NCBI RefSeq assembly: GCF_000372725.1
Contig: NW_005201165.1
Span: 188,853 to 252,852 of the forward strand
From: Emiliania huxleyi CCMP1516
Lineage: Eukaryota
DNA: 64,000 nucleotides
Direction of reading: 5' to 3'
Position numbers and translations under genes: made by a program. The notes under the pieces are model-generated. The model was not told the origin of the DNA. It ran no database searches and saw only the letters and a list, made by a program, of their open reading frames with translations. Shown here one piece after another: positions 11,917-23,420 of the stretch. Numbering within the stretch: the stretch's first letter is position 1; each line of letters opens with the position of its first letter.

Positions 11917-12693
11917 TATGTGAATAGCGTCCGGCTGGGCCCAGTGCGGCCGGATGCGCGAGCTCGGCTTGCTCTACTCGATTGCCCGCGGCGCCTGAAG
12001 GCCCCATCACATCATCTGCTGCTACCACCCTCTGATCTCACCGGTTTTGCTAACAGGCTCCTCCTCTCTGGGCTATCTCATCTGCCAGTACACCCTTTCG
12101 CATGGTTGGAACCCGGGCGCTCTCGTGCAGTTCGGGCTGGTCAACGCGAGCGAGCGTGCATGCGCTCTGGAGCGGTGAGGCGGAGAGAACAGATGTAGGC
12201 GGAATACACGTTCCGAGGCCAGATGTAGCGGAGGCTATAGCACAAGCCCAGCGATGAGCCTCCCGACCTAGGTGTGCGGAGCTGAGCGACCGGCTGAGCG
12301 GCGGCAGCGGGGGAGCGGCCAACCGCACCGAGCAGCGCAGGCGGGAGATGGCGCTCCGCTCCCAGTTTTCTGCGAGGTGGCAGCCCTGAGCACTGCCCTC
12401 CTTGAGGTTTTTCTTAGTGGCTCTGAAGAACGAAAACGGAGAGAAGGGAGAGAAAAAAACGGCCCGCTCCAATTAGGGATGGGAGAAGGACAGTGTCCCT
12501 ACCTGCCCCCCTCCAACCAACTCTCTTTTCGTTGTATGTGTTTTCTGCCGGCCCACGCCAAGCAACCACACGCGACACGCGAGACGCATACTAGTTATAG
12601 AGTCGTAGGCAGCTGAATCCGAAAGAAATTCTTTTGCAGTCGCTCGCCCGGGCGCTGGCGGCTCCTGTGGAGTACCAGGTACCTGACGTGTAT

Positions 12694-14067
12694 ATGTGGC
12701 ACACCCTGGTCGCCAGCGCCACCGCGTACGCGCCGGCGACGCACACTGGCAATTTCCGCGCCTGGCCGCGCTGCGCAGGCCCGCTCTGCGACGGCGGCGT
12801 CGGTCTGCAGACGGCGTCGAGCCTCGGCGAGTCGTCGAGTCCTGCGGCAGTGGAGTATGGCGGCATCACCCACGTGGCGGTACTCGTCGGTGATGCAGCC
12901 GCGGCGAGGAGATTCTACACGGGCGTACTCGGCATGGCGGTCGATTCCGAGTCGTGCGAAGCTCTCGGCGCGCGTGGCGCGAGCGCAGCGTGCGTGCGCG
13001 TGGGCGAGCAGACGATCCAGCTGCTGGAGCTGCCCAACCCGGACCCGACGGATGTGGACCCGGAGTACAGTATGAGCGCGCCTCCTCAAGGCTACGTGGC
13101 CGAGGGCAGGCCCGTCCACGCCGGACGAGACCGCCACGTCGCCATCACGCTGCACGACCTCGCGCCGCTCAAGGCGTCGCTCGAGGCGAACGAGGTGCCA
13201 TACACGATGAGCTACTCGGGCCGACAGGCGCTCTTCACGCGCGACGCGTACGGCAACGGCTGGGAGTTTGGGCCGCCCGTGACGTACCGCGGCGCGACGC
13301 GCCTCTTCCCGCCCTACCTCGTTCCGCCGCAGCCAGCGCCGGGGGAGGCCGTGGGCTGGGGAGGCATCCCGCATGTCGGGCTTCTGGTCGCGGACACGCC
13401 TCGCGCGAAGGCATTCTACTGCGACGTGCTCGGCATGCGTGACGAGACCGACTTGCGGCCCGTCAAGCTGCCCTTCGCCGGTCTCTTCCTCCGCTGCGGC
13501 GAGTCGCAGGCCCAAGCTCCCGCCCAAGCTCCCGCCCAACCGCCCACCTCTCCAAACAAAACTCCCGGTCTCTCTCGCAATGGGTCCAATGAAGCCTCAG
13601 CACCTCCCCAGCACCACCTCACCCGTGTCTTCCAGCAGCTCCTCCCCCCAATCTCCAACGTCTCTCCCGCCTAACGACCCCCCACAGGTGCACATCCTCC
13701 AGCTTCCAAACCCCGACCCGAACACCGCGGTGGCGCGGCCAGCCTTGGGAGAGGACCGGCGCACCGCGTACTCGGTCAGGTCGCTGGCGCCGGTGAAGGC
13801 CGCCCTCGACAGCGAGATGTGCAGGCACCTCTTCGGGTGCAAGTGGGCGTACGAGGAGCGCGCCACCGGCGCCGGCGAGGCGGCGGTCGCTTCTGCGAGG
13901 CACTCGCTGTGGGGGGCGCCGACTCACGCGTCCGGGCGTGATCGCAGGCGGCGCTCCTCTGCAAGGACCCGGACGCCAACGAGCTGATGTTCGTCGAGGA
14001 CGCGTCAATCACCCCCATCGCAGAGGCCGAGGGCGGCCCCGTCACGCCATGGACCAGGCTGTGGTGA
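12694..14067 (+). CDS. VOC-family (glyoxalase/bleomycin-resistance) protein with tandem VOC domains, probable targeting peptide
   Basis: First domain GITHVAVLVGDAAAARRFYTGVLGM...HAGRDRHVAI...ALFTRDAYGNGWEF; second domain GIPHVGLLVADTPRAKAFYCDVLGM...LLCKDPDANELMF. Confidence 0.88.
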
Positions 14068-14403
14068 GCCGGTCTCGCTTACGTCAGTACGCGGCTATCT
14101 CTGTATAACCCGGGACACACACACTCGCGGACGCTTTTTACGGACCTGGAAAATGGCTTCGTTCTCTCTCTCTTCAAACACACACACCTGACTATATGTG
14201 AGACTAGTGCCCCTCTTCTGCCTTCTGGGATCCTCGGTTTTAAGCCAGAGGAGCCAGGAGACCATGAGGCCCGGTCTCTCTGGGCGCGCCGCCCCCCTCG
14301 CCTGCAACTGACAAGTCGACAGCGCGGCCCCGGTCAGACTCAGCGCTGAGGCAGAGTTGCGTCGGCAAAGAGCGAACATGAGGTTTTGGGCCGCTCTGTC
14401 GAG

Positions 14404-16909
14404 CTAGTCCACGCTCTCCACCTCCTCCTCCTCCTCGCCCTCTCCCGCCGGCCTCCTCGCCGAAGCGCCGATGCTCTGCCCGTTGAGCGCCTCGATCATC
14501 TCGCGGAAGGGGGCGGGCAGATCCTCGAGCTGCGCCTGCTCACAGCTCGAGGCGTGAAGCGACGCGGTCTGGCACCAACGCCAACCGGTACCGCCAGCCG
14601 CGCCGTGACATCCCCCCCCTGCCCCACCAGGACGCGGACCTGCGTCAAGGCCCAGAGGGGGGGTTAGAGAGGCCCAGAGACGGGCCAGAGACTCGCCAGG
14701 ACGGGCCGCACACCTCCACCTCCTGCCCCTCGCCGCCGCCCGCCCCCCCGAGCAGCTGCTCGATCATCGCGCCTACCGTCGGCACATCTCGGCTCAGTCT
14801 CCCCCCTCCCCACTCCCACGGCACCCAGCGCCGCGCGCCCATCCGTTCGGCGTTCATCTCGACCGCCTGTGCAACGGTCGGGCGGAGTGAAGAGACGCTG
14901 CTCACCACACACACCCTCCGACATCGCCGCGCGCCTCCCCGCCTTGCCCCTGCATGATGTCGATCGTCAGGGGCTTCTCGAGCCAGGATGGCTCGCCGCC
15001 GCCGCCGCCGCCGCCTCCGCCGCCCTCCGCCGCGCCTCCCCGCCTGGCGAGAGCCTCACGCGCCAGCCTGCGGCAATCGCGTCGCGCGCTGCAATCGTGG
15101 CCGTGTCTCGGCTGCGTCTCGGCTGCGTCTCGGCTGCGTCTCGGCTGCGTCTCGGCTGCGTCTCGGCTGCGTCTCGGCTGCGTCTCGGCTGCATCTCGGC
15201 TGCACCTCCGCGCATACGCGTCCACGCCTTCCCCGGACTGCTCGGCGCCCTCCTCGTCTTGCTCGTCCTCCTCCTCGTCCTCGTCCTCCTCGCCCTCCTC
15301 CTCCGCCTCCTCCCCGCCAAGCAGCCGGCTCGCCTGCAAGACGTGTCGTGGACGTGTCGTGGACGTGTCGTGGACGTGTCGTGGACGTGTCGTGGACGTG
15401 TCGTGGACGTGTCGTGGACGTGTCGTGGACGTGTCGTGGACGTGTCGTGGACGTGTCGTGGACGTGTCGTGGACGTGTCGTGGACGTGTCGTGGACGTGT
15501 CATGGACGTGTCGTGGACGTGTCATGGACGTGTCGTGACCGTGTCATACCTCATCTCTCATGCCTCTGACACATCTCTGGAATCTCTTGCCACATCTCTG
15601 CCACACCTCGCCCAGCGCCCGGTCGAGTCTCCGCCGCAACGACTTCAGCCTCCGCGCCGCCGCCGCCGCCTCCGCCTCCTCCTCCGCCTCCGCCTCCCGC
15701 CTCGCGGGCTCGCCCCTCGCCTGCGCGACGGCGTGAGACCGTCTGTCAGACAGCTCGCGCCAAGAGGGCGCCTCAGGGGAGGGCTTGCCTTGCGAGCCCG
15801 CCACGCCGCCTCGACGCGGGCCAGCCGCCGCTTGAGCGAGCCGTGCAGCAGCTCGAGCCCCGCCGTGTCCTGCTCACACGCCGCGCGTCCGTGAAGAGAC
15901 GCCCTTCACAGCGCCAGCTCGAGGATTGCTGCTGTTCCACCAAATGGTCGATGAACGCGTCGTCGTCACCGCGCTCCTCCGGCGCGTCTCTCGGCTCCGC
16001 ACCGCGGCCGAGCGTCGCGCGCACCTTCGCCAGCGCCTCCTCGACAGAGCTGCCCGGCGCTATCTGCGGCAGCGCCGCCGGCTTCTCGAGGCGCTGGCGC
16101 CTCCTGCTCTCTATGTCGCGCCGCCGCCGCTCGGTCTCGGCCTCCGACGGCGCCCACGAAGGAAGCTCGCCGCGCTTGGCGTCCTTGCCCACGCCTGCGC
16201 CCGCCGGCTTGTTCGCAGCCGCCCGCCGGCCGCCGCCCTCGTGCGCCCGCTTCAGCGACTCGAAGAGGTCGATCAGGTTCGCCTCGAACGACTTGCCCAC
16301 CGGCGGCGCCTGGTGTTCACACTCAAGGTGTGACGACACGGCCCCACCGCCGAAGACCTGCCCGCAGGCGGCGCTGGGTCGCGGTCGCGTCACGATCTGG
16401 GCCGAGGCGTGGCCAGGCGAGAGGAGGGAGGCGGCGGAGGAGGAGAGAGATGGAGGGGCGGCGCCTGCCCGGGCTGCCCGGGCTGCCCGGCCTCCTTCCG
16501 CTTCTTCTCTGCAAACACTTTCCGCCAGTGCTCTGCCTAAACGAATAGGCATGCAGCTTTTGCAGGATGGGACCGCACTCTCCTGAGCCCCGCCAGTGCT
16601 CTGCCTCGGGCTCGACAAAGTCGAACTGCTGCCCGTCCTGCGGCGAGGCAGGCGAGGTGGAAGGAGGAGGCGTGCGGCGGGCGCGTGGCGGTGCGCGCGA
16701 GCGGTGCGGTGAGGCGCGAGGGTTGTGCAGGCGTGGAGCGGGCGGTGGTCGACCGAATGCGTGGCACGGCGCGAGCGCGAGAGCGCACTCTCCTCGACCT
16801 CGGGCTCGACGAAGGCGGGCTCCTCGGCGGGTGGAGGCTCCTGCGCATCATTTATCGAGAGGGCGAGGAGCAAGCAGACGCAGGCAAGAGGTGGAGCGCG
16901 GGGCGCCAT
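14404..16909 (-). CDS. hypothetical secreted protein, multi-exon
   Basis: Signal-like MAPRAPPLACVCLLLALS, then Glu/Ala-rich coding-like exons separated by repeat-filled introns; no family recognised. Confidence 0.45.
15105..15203. repeat. 11-bp tandem repeat (gtctcggctgc)n, probably intronic
   Basis: About 9 near-perfect head-to-tail units, no spacers. Confidence 0.95.
15340..15537. repeat. 11-bp tandem repeat (gacgtgtcgtg)n, probably intronic
   Basis: About 18 near-perfect units, no spacers. Confidence 0.95.
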
Positions 16910-17136
16910 ACGAGTACACCAGTGTGACTGTGTGTTCGCGGACCAGGTTCGTTGTGAAGAGCTGGGGGGCGCCACCCAAGAACCTCACAATGCGGATCGG
17001 CAAAGGCGCGACGCGTCGATTGACGATCTATGCTTTTGACCCATCAGTCTCCCAACATGACATGTGCATGCACATGCACATGTCCATGTGCATGTCCATG
17101 TGTGACATGAGAGATGAGTTAGTCAAAGAAATTACT

Positions 17137-18153
17137 TCAGTCTTCACGGCGGTCCGTCCGCACGTGAGCCCCGCGGCGGCGCGGCGGATCTCCCGCAACG
17201 CCTGTCCACACTCCTCGGGAGCACACACACGGACATGAAGCGCGCACGCGGCCCAATGGCCGTGCACGAGCAGCAGCGCAAGCGCCGCCAACCGCACCGA
17301 CACTTTTGACCGCGTGCCGCACTTCCCGAATCCCTTCACACCCCACTGTCGCGCAATGTGCCGGCTGGTGTGCGGCTTCTGCCACGCCCACTCGAAAGCG
17401 AGTGCATCACTCTTCGAGGAGAAGCCGCGCACAACGAGAAGAATGCGCCACGGCCGTCCCGCGGCGGGCGCGCCACCTCCCGAGAGCTCGCCGTTGTGCT
17501 GGCGCAGTCGTCTGGACGGGGTCGGGGCTCGCACCGACGTAAGTCCTCCGACCGCTCGAGTCTCGCAGGAAGTAGACGCGCCACGCCGAATCCTCCTCCT
17601 CCTCCTCCTCCTCCTCAGCCTCGTCGTCGACGAGCGCGTTGCCGTCTCGCTCGTCCTCCTCGTCGCTGTCTCCGTCCTCCGCGTCGAGATCCACCTCGGT
17701 GACCGCCGCGCCGAGCGTGCGGAGGAAGTCGGCGAGGGTGCCAGTCGAGGCGGTTTGGGAGGCGATGGGAACCACCCAGGCTGTCTTGGTGATGCTCTTC
17801 GGGCCGTGCGGGCCGGGGAAGAGGAGGTCCTCGTAGTCGACGTTGGGGAACTGGTTCTTGACGTAGTCCTTGACGTCAAAGGCCTCCCATGTGGCATCCA
17901 TCTCGGACAGCTCACGAGCCCATTCACGGTACACCCTCGCGGTCCGGAAGAGATTTCGAGTCGGCTGAGTCAGCCCGGTGAAGTCTCCAGCCTCATCTGA
18001 CCGATTGATACGCTCTCGACCCGCGAGGCCATGTGCGTGTGCCCACGCGAGGTGCGGGTCGCCTGCCAGGGAGCGAGGGACGGGCTGAGCATGTGCGACC
18101 GGGTCAGGGTGATTGCTGTGACGGGACGCGCCCGCATCTGAACTGCTGCTCAA
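17137..18153 (-). pseudogene. SLX1: SLX1-type GIY-YIG endonuclease with acidic linker and unknown N-terminal domain; 1-bp frameshift
   Basis: WRVYFLRDSSGRRTYVGASPDP, then in another frame SRRLRQHNGELSGG...GRPWRILLVVRGFSSKSDALAFEWAWQKP. An extra C in gaccccgtcc at ~17518-17521 causes the shift. Confidence 0.8.
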
Positions 18154-18194
18154 TGAGAGCCAGCAATGCGGGCGCCACGCTCAATGAGCCTGTG

Positions 18195-18719
18195 CGGTCA
18201 ACGCTCCAACGCCCGAGCGTGGTGTGACACAAATGAGAGGCGGGAGTGGGGGGGTCCGCGGTGCGGTCAACGCCCGAGCGTTGAGCCTCCGGGCAAGGCG
18301 GTTGATCTTTGCAACTGCAGGCGGCGAGAAGCCGCCGCCTAATGTCTCGTGAAGAAGCAGGTTGAACTTGTTTCGTTGGTCAAGATCCCATCATGGTAGT
18401 GGCCACGCTGTGACTTGACGTAGCCTTGGCCGGTGGTGTGGAGGTCGAACGCCCGTTGACCACGGAACCCGCGTTGCTTGCAGCCCATGTTTGCAACGCG
18501 GGCGCGCTCTTCGGTGTTGCCGAAGGCGAACTTGTCCCCAACGGAGCCGGGGTTGCCTCCCGGTGTCGGTGCGGCCGACCCCAACGGGCACGCCACCCCG
18601 GAGGGGGGTCCAAAGTTTGACCTCGCTGACCGCTTCGTCTTTGCCCCCGGCTCAGCCAGGTCGGTCTTGTAGCCCTCGTTGAACTGTTTGGTGAGTTCTG
18701 GTTTTTCGGCATCTCCCAT
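18195..18719 (-). mobile_element. decayed C-terminal restriction-like endonuclease region of a non-LTR retrotransposon (no RT visible)
   Basis: Across frameshifts: TDLAEPG...SEVKLW (PD-(D/E)xK-like), FAFGNTEE...GHYHDG, LLLHETLGGGFSPPA (like the RLE xxETxGG motif) and GVDRT...SFVSHHARAL. Confidence 0.6.
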
Positions 18720-19015
18720 TGGTGTTAACTTTCGCTCGCCGCGGAGTCGTTCTTGCGCGCGTCGTCAGGCTTTGCCCCGTCAGGAGGAAGCGCGTGTGTT
18801 ATCATTTGGCTTGTGGCAAGTGCTTGTGGGAGGCTCGAGGCGCGCGCGGGAGATTTTCCTTTATGGGACCCCGGTTTTGCAACAAAAACGAGGCGAAAAA
18901 CGAAAACAGGACATGCTCTCTCTCGCGCGCGCGCGCGTCGTACGTCGCAAAGTCGCCGTAGGGTCAGAGAAATTGACGTGATATCAACAAGGCGAGGCGA
19001 CCGACTGCCGACGTT

Positions 19016-20275
19016 TCAAAGAGACGCCCGCGTGTCGTGCTGCGACGACCGCATCTGGTAATGTGAAGACCGTCGGGAGCAGGACGCCGCCGACGCTCGG
19101 TTCGATCCGCAAGCCACTGCGACGGCGTCTTGGTCGGCAAGGGAGGGCTTCTCCCTGGCGCGCGCCGCCTGGGCGTCGCTGCGCGCAGCGCGGCACCGCG
19201 AGACGAGCAGGCTCACCAATGCAAAGGTGGCGCACCCGCCCAGGAAGCTGAGGACTATCGCCACCGGCAGCACCCACGCCGGTTGGACGTCGAGAATCAA
19301 AGGGACTGACTCGGTGCGCGTCGCCATGTCAAAAAGATAGTTGTCGTTTGCGCCTGCGATCGCGCCATGGGGTGAGTCAGAGGGACCTGGGGGGGCTCTG
19401 GTAGCGGCGTGCCGCGACTGAAGCGACGTAGCGTCTCTCTAGTGTGGAAGTGTCTTAGTGCACCGCAGCGCGCGTATGAGTAGGACAGGTTCGCGTTCAC
19501 AACAAACCCGCTCGGTGAGTGCGCAACATTGCATCCGTCCTCGACATAGCACCACTCGTCGGAACACCTGAGAGCGAGGTGCGCCATGAGGGCTCCTCTG
19601 ACCGCTCCGCTGAGAGTGCGGAAAAGCTAGTAACGCACCACTGCGGGGGCTCGTCCGCAGCGCAGGACAGGGACAAGCCTATGCAAAGAACAGGATCCAG
19701 GTGCGACGTACTACATTCTGCTTGCATCTCAAGTGGGGGTGAGCAGCAGGGCAGGGAGGCCGTTCAGGCGCGCGCTGCTAGTTTAGGCGAGCTAGTTTCG
19801 AACCCAGGTCGTGGCTCTTGCACTCCATGAGGCCATAGTCCGCGGGATAGTAAGCGGTCTCGCCGTTGACCCCGGTCACCTCCAGCAGGCCCTTATGGAG
19901 CGTGACCCCGGCAGGCCACTCGGTCAGGCATGGGCAATGGAGGTCCGAAAGCACTGGAGGCGGCGGCGGCGGCAGCGGTGAAGGTGGCTGGGAGGGAGGC
20001 GGCGGCGGGGACGGCGGCGCTGGGGATGGCGGTGGTGGAGGCGCTGGGGGCGGTGGATCGGGTAGGGGAGGAGGAGGAGGATCGTGAGTCCGCAAGGGGG
20101 GTGGCTTTGGCTCGAAGATTGGCGGGATAAGGCCGTCGTCGAAACCTGGAGGCCGTGGGTTTGGCGGCGGCGGCAGCGACGGGCCTTGGATCGGGCGAGG
20201 CCCTTGGTCGGAGCGCGGGTCGAGGGGCTCCACCGATGGACTAGCAGTGGCGGCAACGTGGAGAAGGACGATCAT
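19016..20275 (-). CDS. predicted single-pass membrane protein: signal peptide, Pro-rich stalk, Cys/Trp-rich extracellular module, TM helix
   Basis: MIVLLHVAATAS start, poly-Pro stretch, CPCLTEWP...YPADYGLMECKSHD...PQWC...WCYVEDGC...SYSYARCG, and TM WVLPVAIVLSFLGGCATFALVSLLV. Confidence 0.65.
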
Positions 20276-21161
20276 GTCTGAGCTCACTTTCCGAGCACGG
20301 GACGGACGATTTGTGGCGATATCGAGGAGATCACGTTTTCCGGCGACGTGGACGCGGCCGACGAGATCTGCAGGAGATCGGCGGCTTCTGGGAGCTCCTT
20401 CGAGTGAGGAACGATTTGCTTTATTGCTTTATTGCCTTATTGCTTTGAAACTTTAACACAAGCTGTGCCGCGTGCAGTAAACCAAAGTGAATTTATCGCA
20501 CACGTCACATCCGACACACACGCCACGCGCAGAGCTACTTGAGCAATCATGCACAATCAATGCGCCGAAGAGAGCGAGACGCTGATTCTTTGCACCGGGT
20601 CAGCAGGCAGGCAGTGCAAGCTCAAGTGGTCGCAGCACTGGTCATTCGCGATGCGGTAGCGATGCGATCAACCGTCCGCAAGCAGCGGTGAAGCCTGGTC
20701 CATGGCCGGGCAGGCGCGCCGCAGGCGAAGCGCTCTCGCGGGGCCTTGCGTCGTCCCACCTCGAGCCCTCGGGAGTAGTCGGTCAGCTGGGCAAAGCTGC
20801 ACATGTGGCCGCCGACGGCCCCATATAGCATGATAGTGCCGTCGACCTCCTGTTGTCCAGCACGGTAGCGGTTCACGCCGTCGACGAGTTGGAACTGTGT
20901 GGACCGCCACGGCGCCGGCTGTGGTGTGGGCGACGGTTCTGCGGGCGGCAGTGCTGTCGCCGTGCACTTGTGCCGGGACCGCTTCTTCTTCTTCTGACTA
21001 TTGCCGTGGTCGCTGCTGTCGCTGCTCATGTGCAAGCCGCGAGGTGTGTAGCCAGCCAGATCCAGCTGCGCAACGCGAGCGGAGCGAGCGAAGCGCCAGG
21101 ACGCCGTCCCTTTGTAACGCTTCACGCGCGTCGCTGAGGCGTGCTGTGAAGGGCTCGCGTG

Positions 21162-21225
21162 ATCGCGAGCATCGCACAACATCGCCATTTATCGCATTTT
21201 ATCGCCAAATATCGCGCGGTATCGC
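21162..21225. repeat. array of ATCGC pentamers at 10-bp spacing
   Basis: ATCGC at 21162, 21171, 21181, 21191, 21201, 21211 and 21221, with different short spacers. Confidence 0.85.
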
Positions 21226-21456
21226 GGTTGCGATATTGTGAAAAATTCCCTCTAGGGCAGGGCTAGGCGCGGGACCCGTCTGTGGCGAAGTGGGTCGCGT
21301 CCCTGAATTCCCGTCAACTCACGGTCCTTCCCCTTCATTTTGCACACAGTCCACGGTTGTCTGTTCCACTACTCCACACCTACCAGGGTTTTAAACCTCC
21401 AACCAGTGCGGAGAAGTACAGAGCCTATGGTAACTGATGCGCATGCTGATGCGCGA

Positions 21457-22236
21457 TCAAGCGTACCAGTACGCCCCCTCTACCTCGTTCCACGCATAGT
21501 CAATCAACCGCCTGTCCACGCCGTGGACGTACGCTTCAAGAAACGCGGACATTAGATCTCGGCCGCCCTTCTTCAAGAGGGCAGCGCCGAGCGCCACGCT
21601 CTGCTCCTTAAACTGTCCGAGGAACCCCTCATACGAGGACATGTGGGGAGAGACCTGCTCCGGCGAGTCGAGTATGTCGCGCACGATCTTGTGCTCGGCG
21701 GAGACGTCCATGTTGACCGAGCCCATGAGGCGAAAGCTGCTGGGGTTTGGCTCGGCCGCGCGTCTGGCAAGCTTCGCCGCCTCAGCTTTTGTGGCGGACG
21801 CATATTTATCGCGCCATGTCTGCGCCCCCTTCCACCTCCTTCCATCGCCACGTGTAGCAAGCGCCGTCCACCCATGGCCGAGGCGGTGGAAGCGTGCCCT
21901 CCACGTCTGCTCTGCTAGCCGGGAGAGCGAGCTTGAGCAGCACAGCAGCGCCGCGGCCGTCCCCGGCGGCGCGGTCTCGAGCATCTGCGCCACCAGCTCG
22001 TCCTCGAGCGTCTCAAACAGGGGCACCGTCCGCACGCGCAGATTGGCCGTCTTAACGCGTACCTCCTCGACAGCGCCGTCCACCCGGTACACGCGCACCG
22101 GCCAGCGGCCTGCCGGATTTTTATTACCAAGGATGCGGCCGGGGCAGCCGTTGAGGTCGCGCCGGGCGGCCAGGCCGTGCAACCCCACTTGGCGCTGCGG
22201 CTGGATGCCATCTTCGGCAATCTCCCGGTCGCTCAT
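21457..22236 (-). CDS. intronless protein with GL...LNG...GRW N-terminal module and F-box-like segment
   Basis: 259-aa ORF: VGLHGLAARRDLNGCPGRI...GRWPVRV...RVKTANL, then LFETLEDELVAQML...LLCCSSSLSRLAEQTWR. Confidence 0.7.
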   Translation of the reverse strand: MSDREIAEDGIQPQRQVGLHGLAARRDLNGCPGRILGNKNPAGRWPVRVYRVDGAVEEVRVKTANLRVRTVPLFETLEDELVAQMLETAPPGTAAALLCCSSSLSRLAEQTWRARFHRLGHGWTALATRGDGRRWKGAQTWRDKYASATKAEAAKLARRAAEPNPSSFRLMGSVNMDVSAEHKIVRDILDSPEQVSPHMSSYEGFLGQFKEQSVALGAALLKKGGRDLMSAFLEAYVHGVDRRLIDYAWNEVEGAYWYA

Positions 22237-22438
22237 GGGAGGGAGTGCAAGCGACCGTGCTCAGCTTCGTGCTCAGCTTTCGTGCTCAGCTTCTTGCGGT
22301 CGTTTTTTGTTCCCACATTTTTTCTTTCTTTGCGCCATCCCAACTTTTGCGGTGTGGGGGGCTGGGGGGGGGGGGGGGGAGGGTCCTGACCACGGTCTGT
22401 CATACATGGACAATCATACCTAACCCCCGCAGTCGGAA

Positions 22439-23368
22439 CACTGGGGGGTTGTTCACTCTCTGAGGCCTCAGACCCCCCGCCCCCCCCCCCCCCCTTCTGA
22501 GGACAGGTCGGACCCCAGGCTTGGCGGCACAGAGGGTTTGACTCTGACTCTGTGCCGCCTCTGTGGCCTCTCTTGGCTCATTTTGGCCTCAGAGGGTCCC
22601 TGGCCGATGGTCTGTCTTGGCGCGGCACAGAGGGCTTTTCTTTGACCTCAGAGGGTTGCCCCCTCACGGCAGAGGCGAGAGCCCCGGGCGGAGGCCGGAG
22701 CTGCCTAGCCCTCCACGAATGGCGCTGACCAGTGAGGGCGGGGAGGGGTGGTACTCGAGGGGTGGTAGTAAAACATATATGACTTTAAGCAGCGAGCATG
22801 ACCAAGCTCCAAGGCGCTACGCTATGCTCGAGCGCCCGGCACCACACACGCTTACTGCTGCTGCAGGCTCACAGCGCCCGCGCCGAGCCCTGCGCGACAG
22901 CTTCGCGCGGCCCGCAGCGCCGACCCGTCAACTTGAGGATGTGCTTTTGGAGCGGCCGCCCGAGGAGGAGTAGTGATCTCCACGTCCTTCCCCTGCTCCA
23001 GCTTGGCCATGAGGCGCCACGGCGTCCGCGTGAACTCGAACTTGAGGTATCCGAAAAATGGAAACTGGGCTCTGGGGGGGTTCTCTCCTGCTTGGTGGGG
23101 GATCACGACAGACGAAAACCCCCTCTGTGCTCTGAGGAGCGGCTACGCGGGGCTTGCCTTGGCGTCTCAGAGGGTCCCCGTAGCCTCAGAGGCTGCGCCG
23201 AGAGAGGCTGGCTTGGCGGCACAGGCCTTCAGAGGGTCGGCCCAGGCACCCTCTGAGCCGCTCGTAGATGGCCTCTCTTGGCACAGAGGGTACCCTCTGA
23301 GACGAGCAGATCTGGGCCGCCTTGCCTCACCCCGCCCCCCTCTGAGACAAGGAGACAACCCCCTAGTG
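22439..23368. mobile_element. non-autonomous CACTA/EnSpm-like element
   Basis: 14-bp TIR cactggggggttgt versus the reverse complement of the right end, cactagggggttgt. Both subterminal regions are dense in ctctg/cagag motifs. No TSD match. Confidence 0.65.
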
Positions 23369-23420
23369 GCGATGCCACAAAAAAGAGAAATCGCGCATAG
23401 GACCCCACGCCCCCGCGATC

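Noticed and set aside
15340..15537. Regular short repeats as a CRISPR array
   Set aside because: Head-to-tail 11-mers with no unique spacers, no cas genes, and a eukaryotic context.
17137..18719. Penelope-like element (because of the GIY-YIG)
   Set aside because: The nuclease is SLX1-type (RRLRQHNG, FEWAWQ), and no reverse transcriptase motifs are present.
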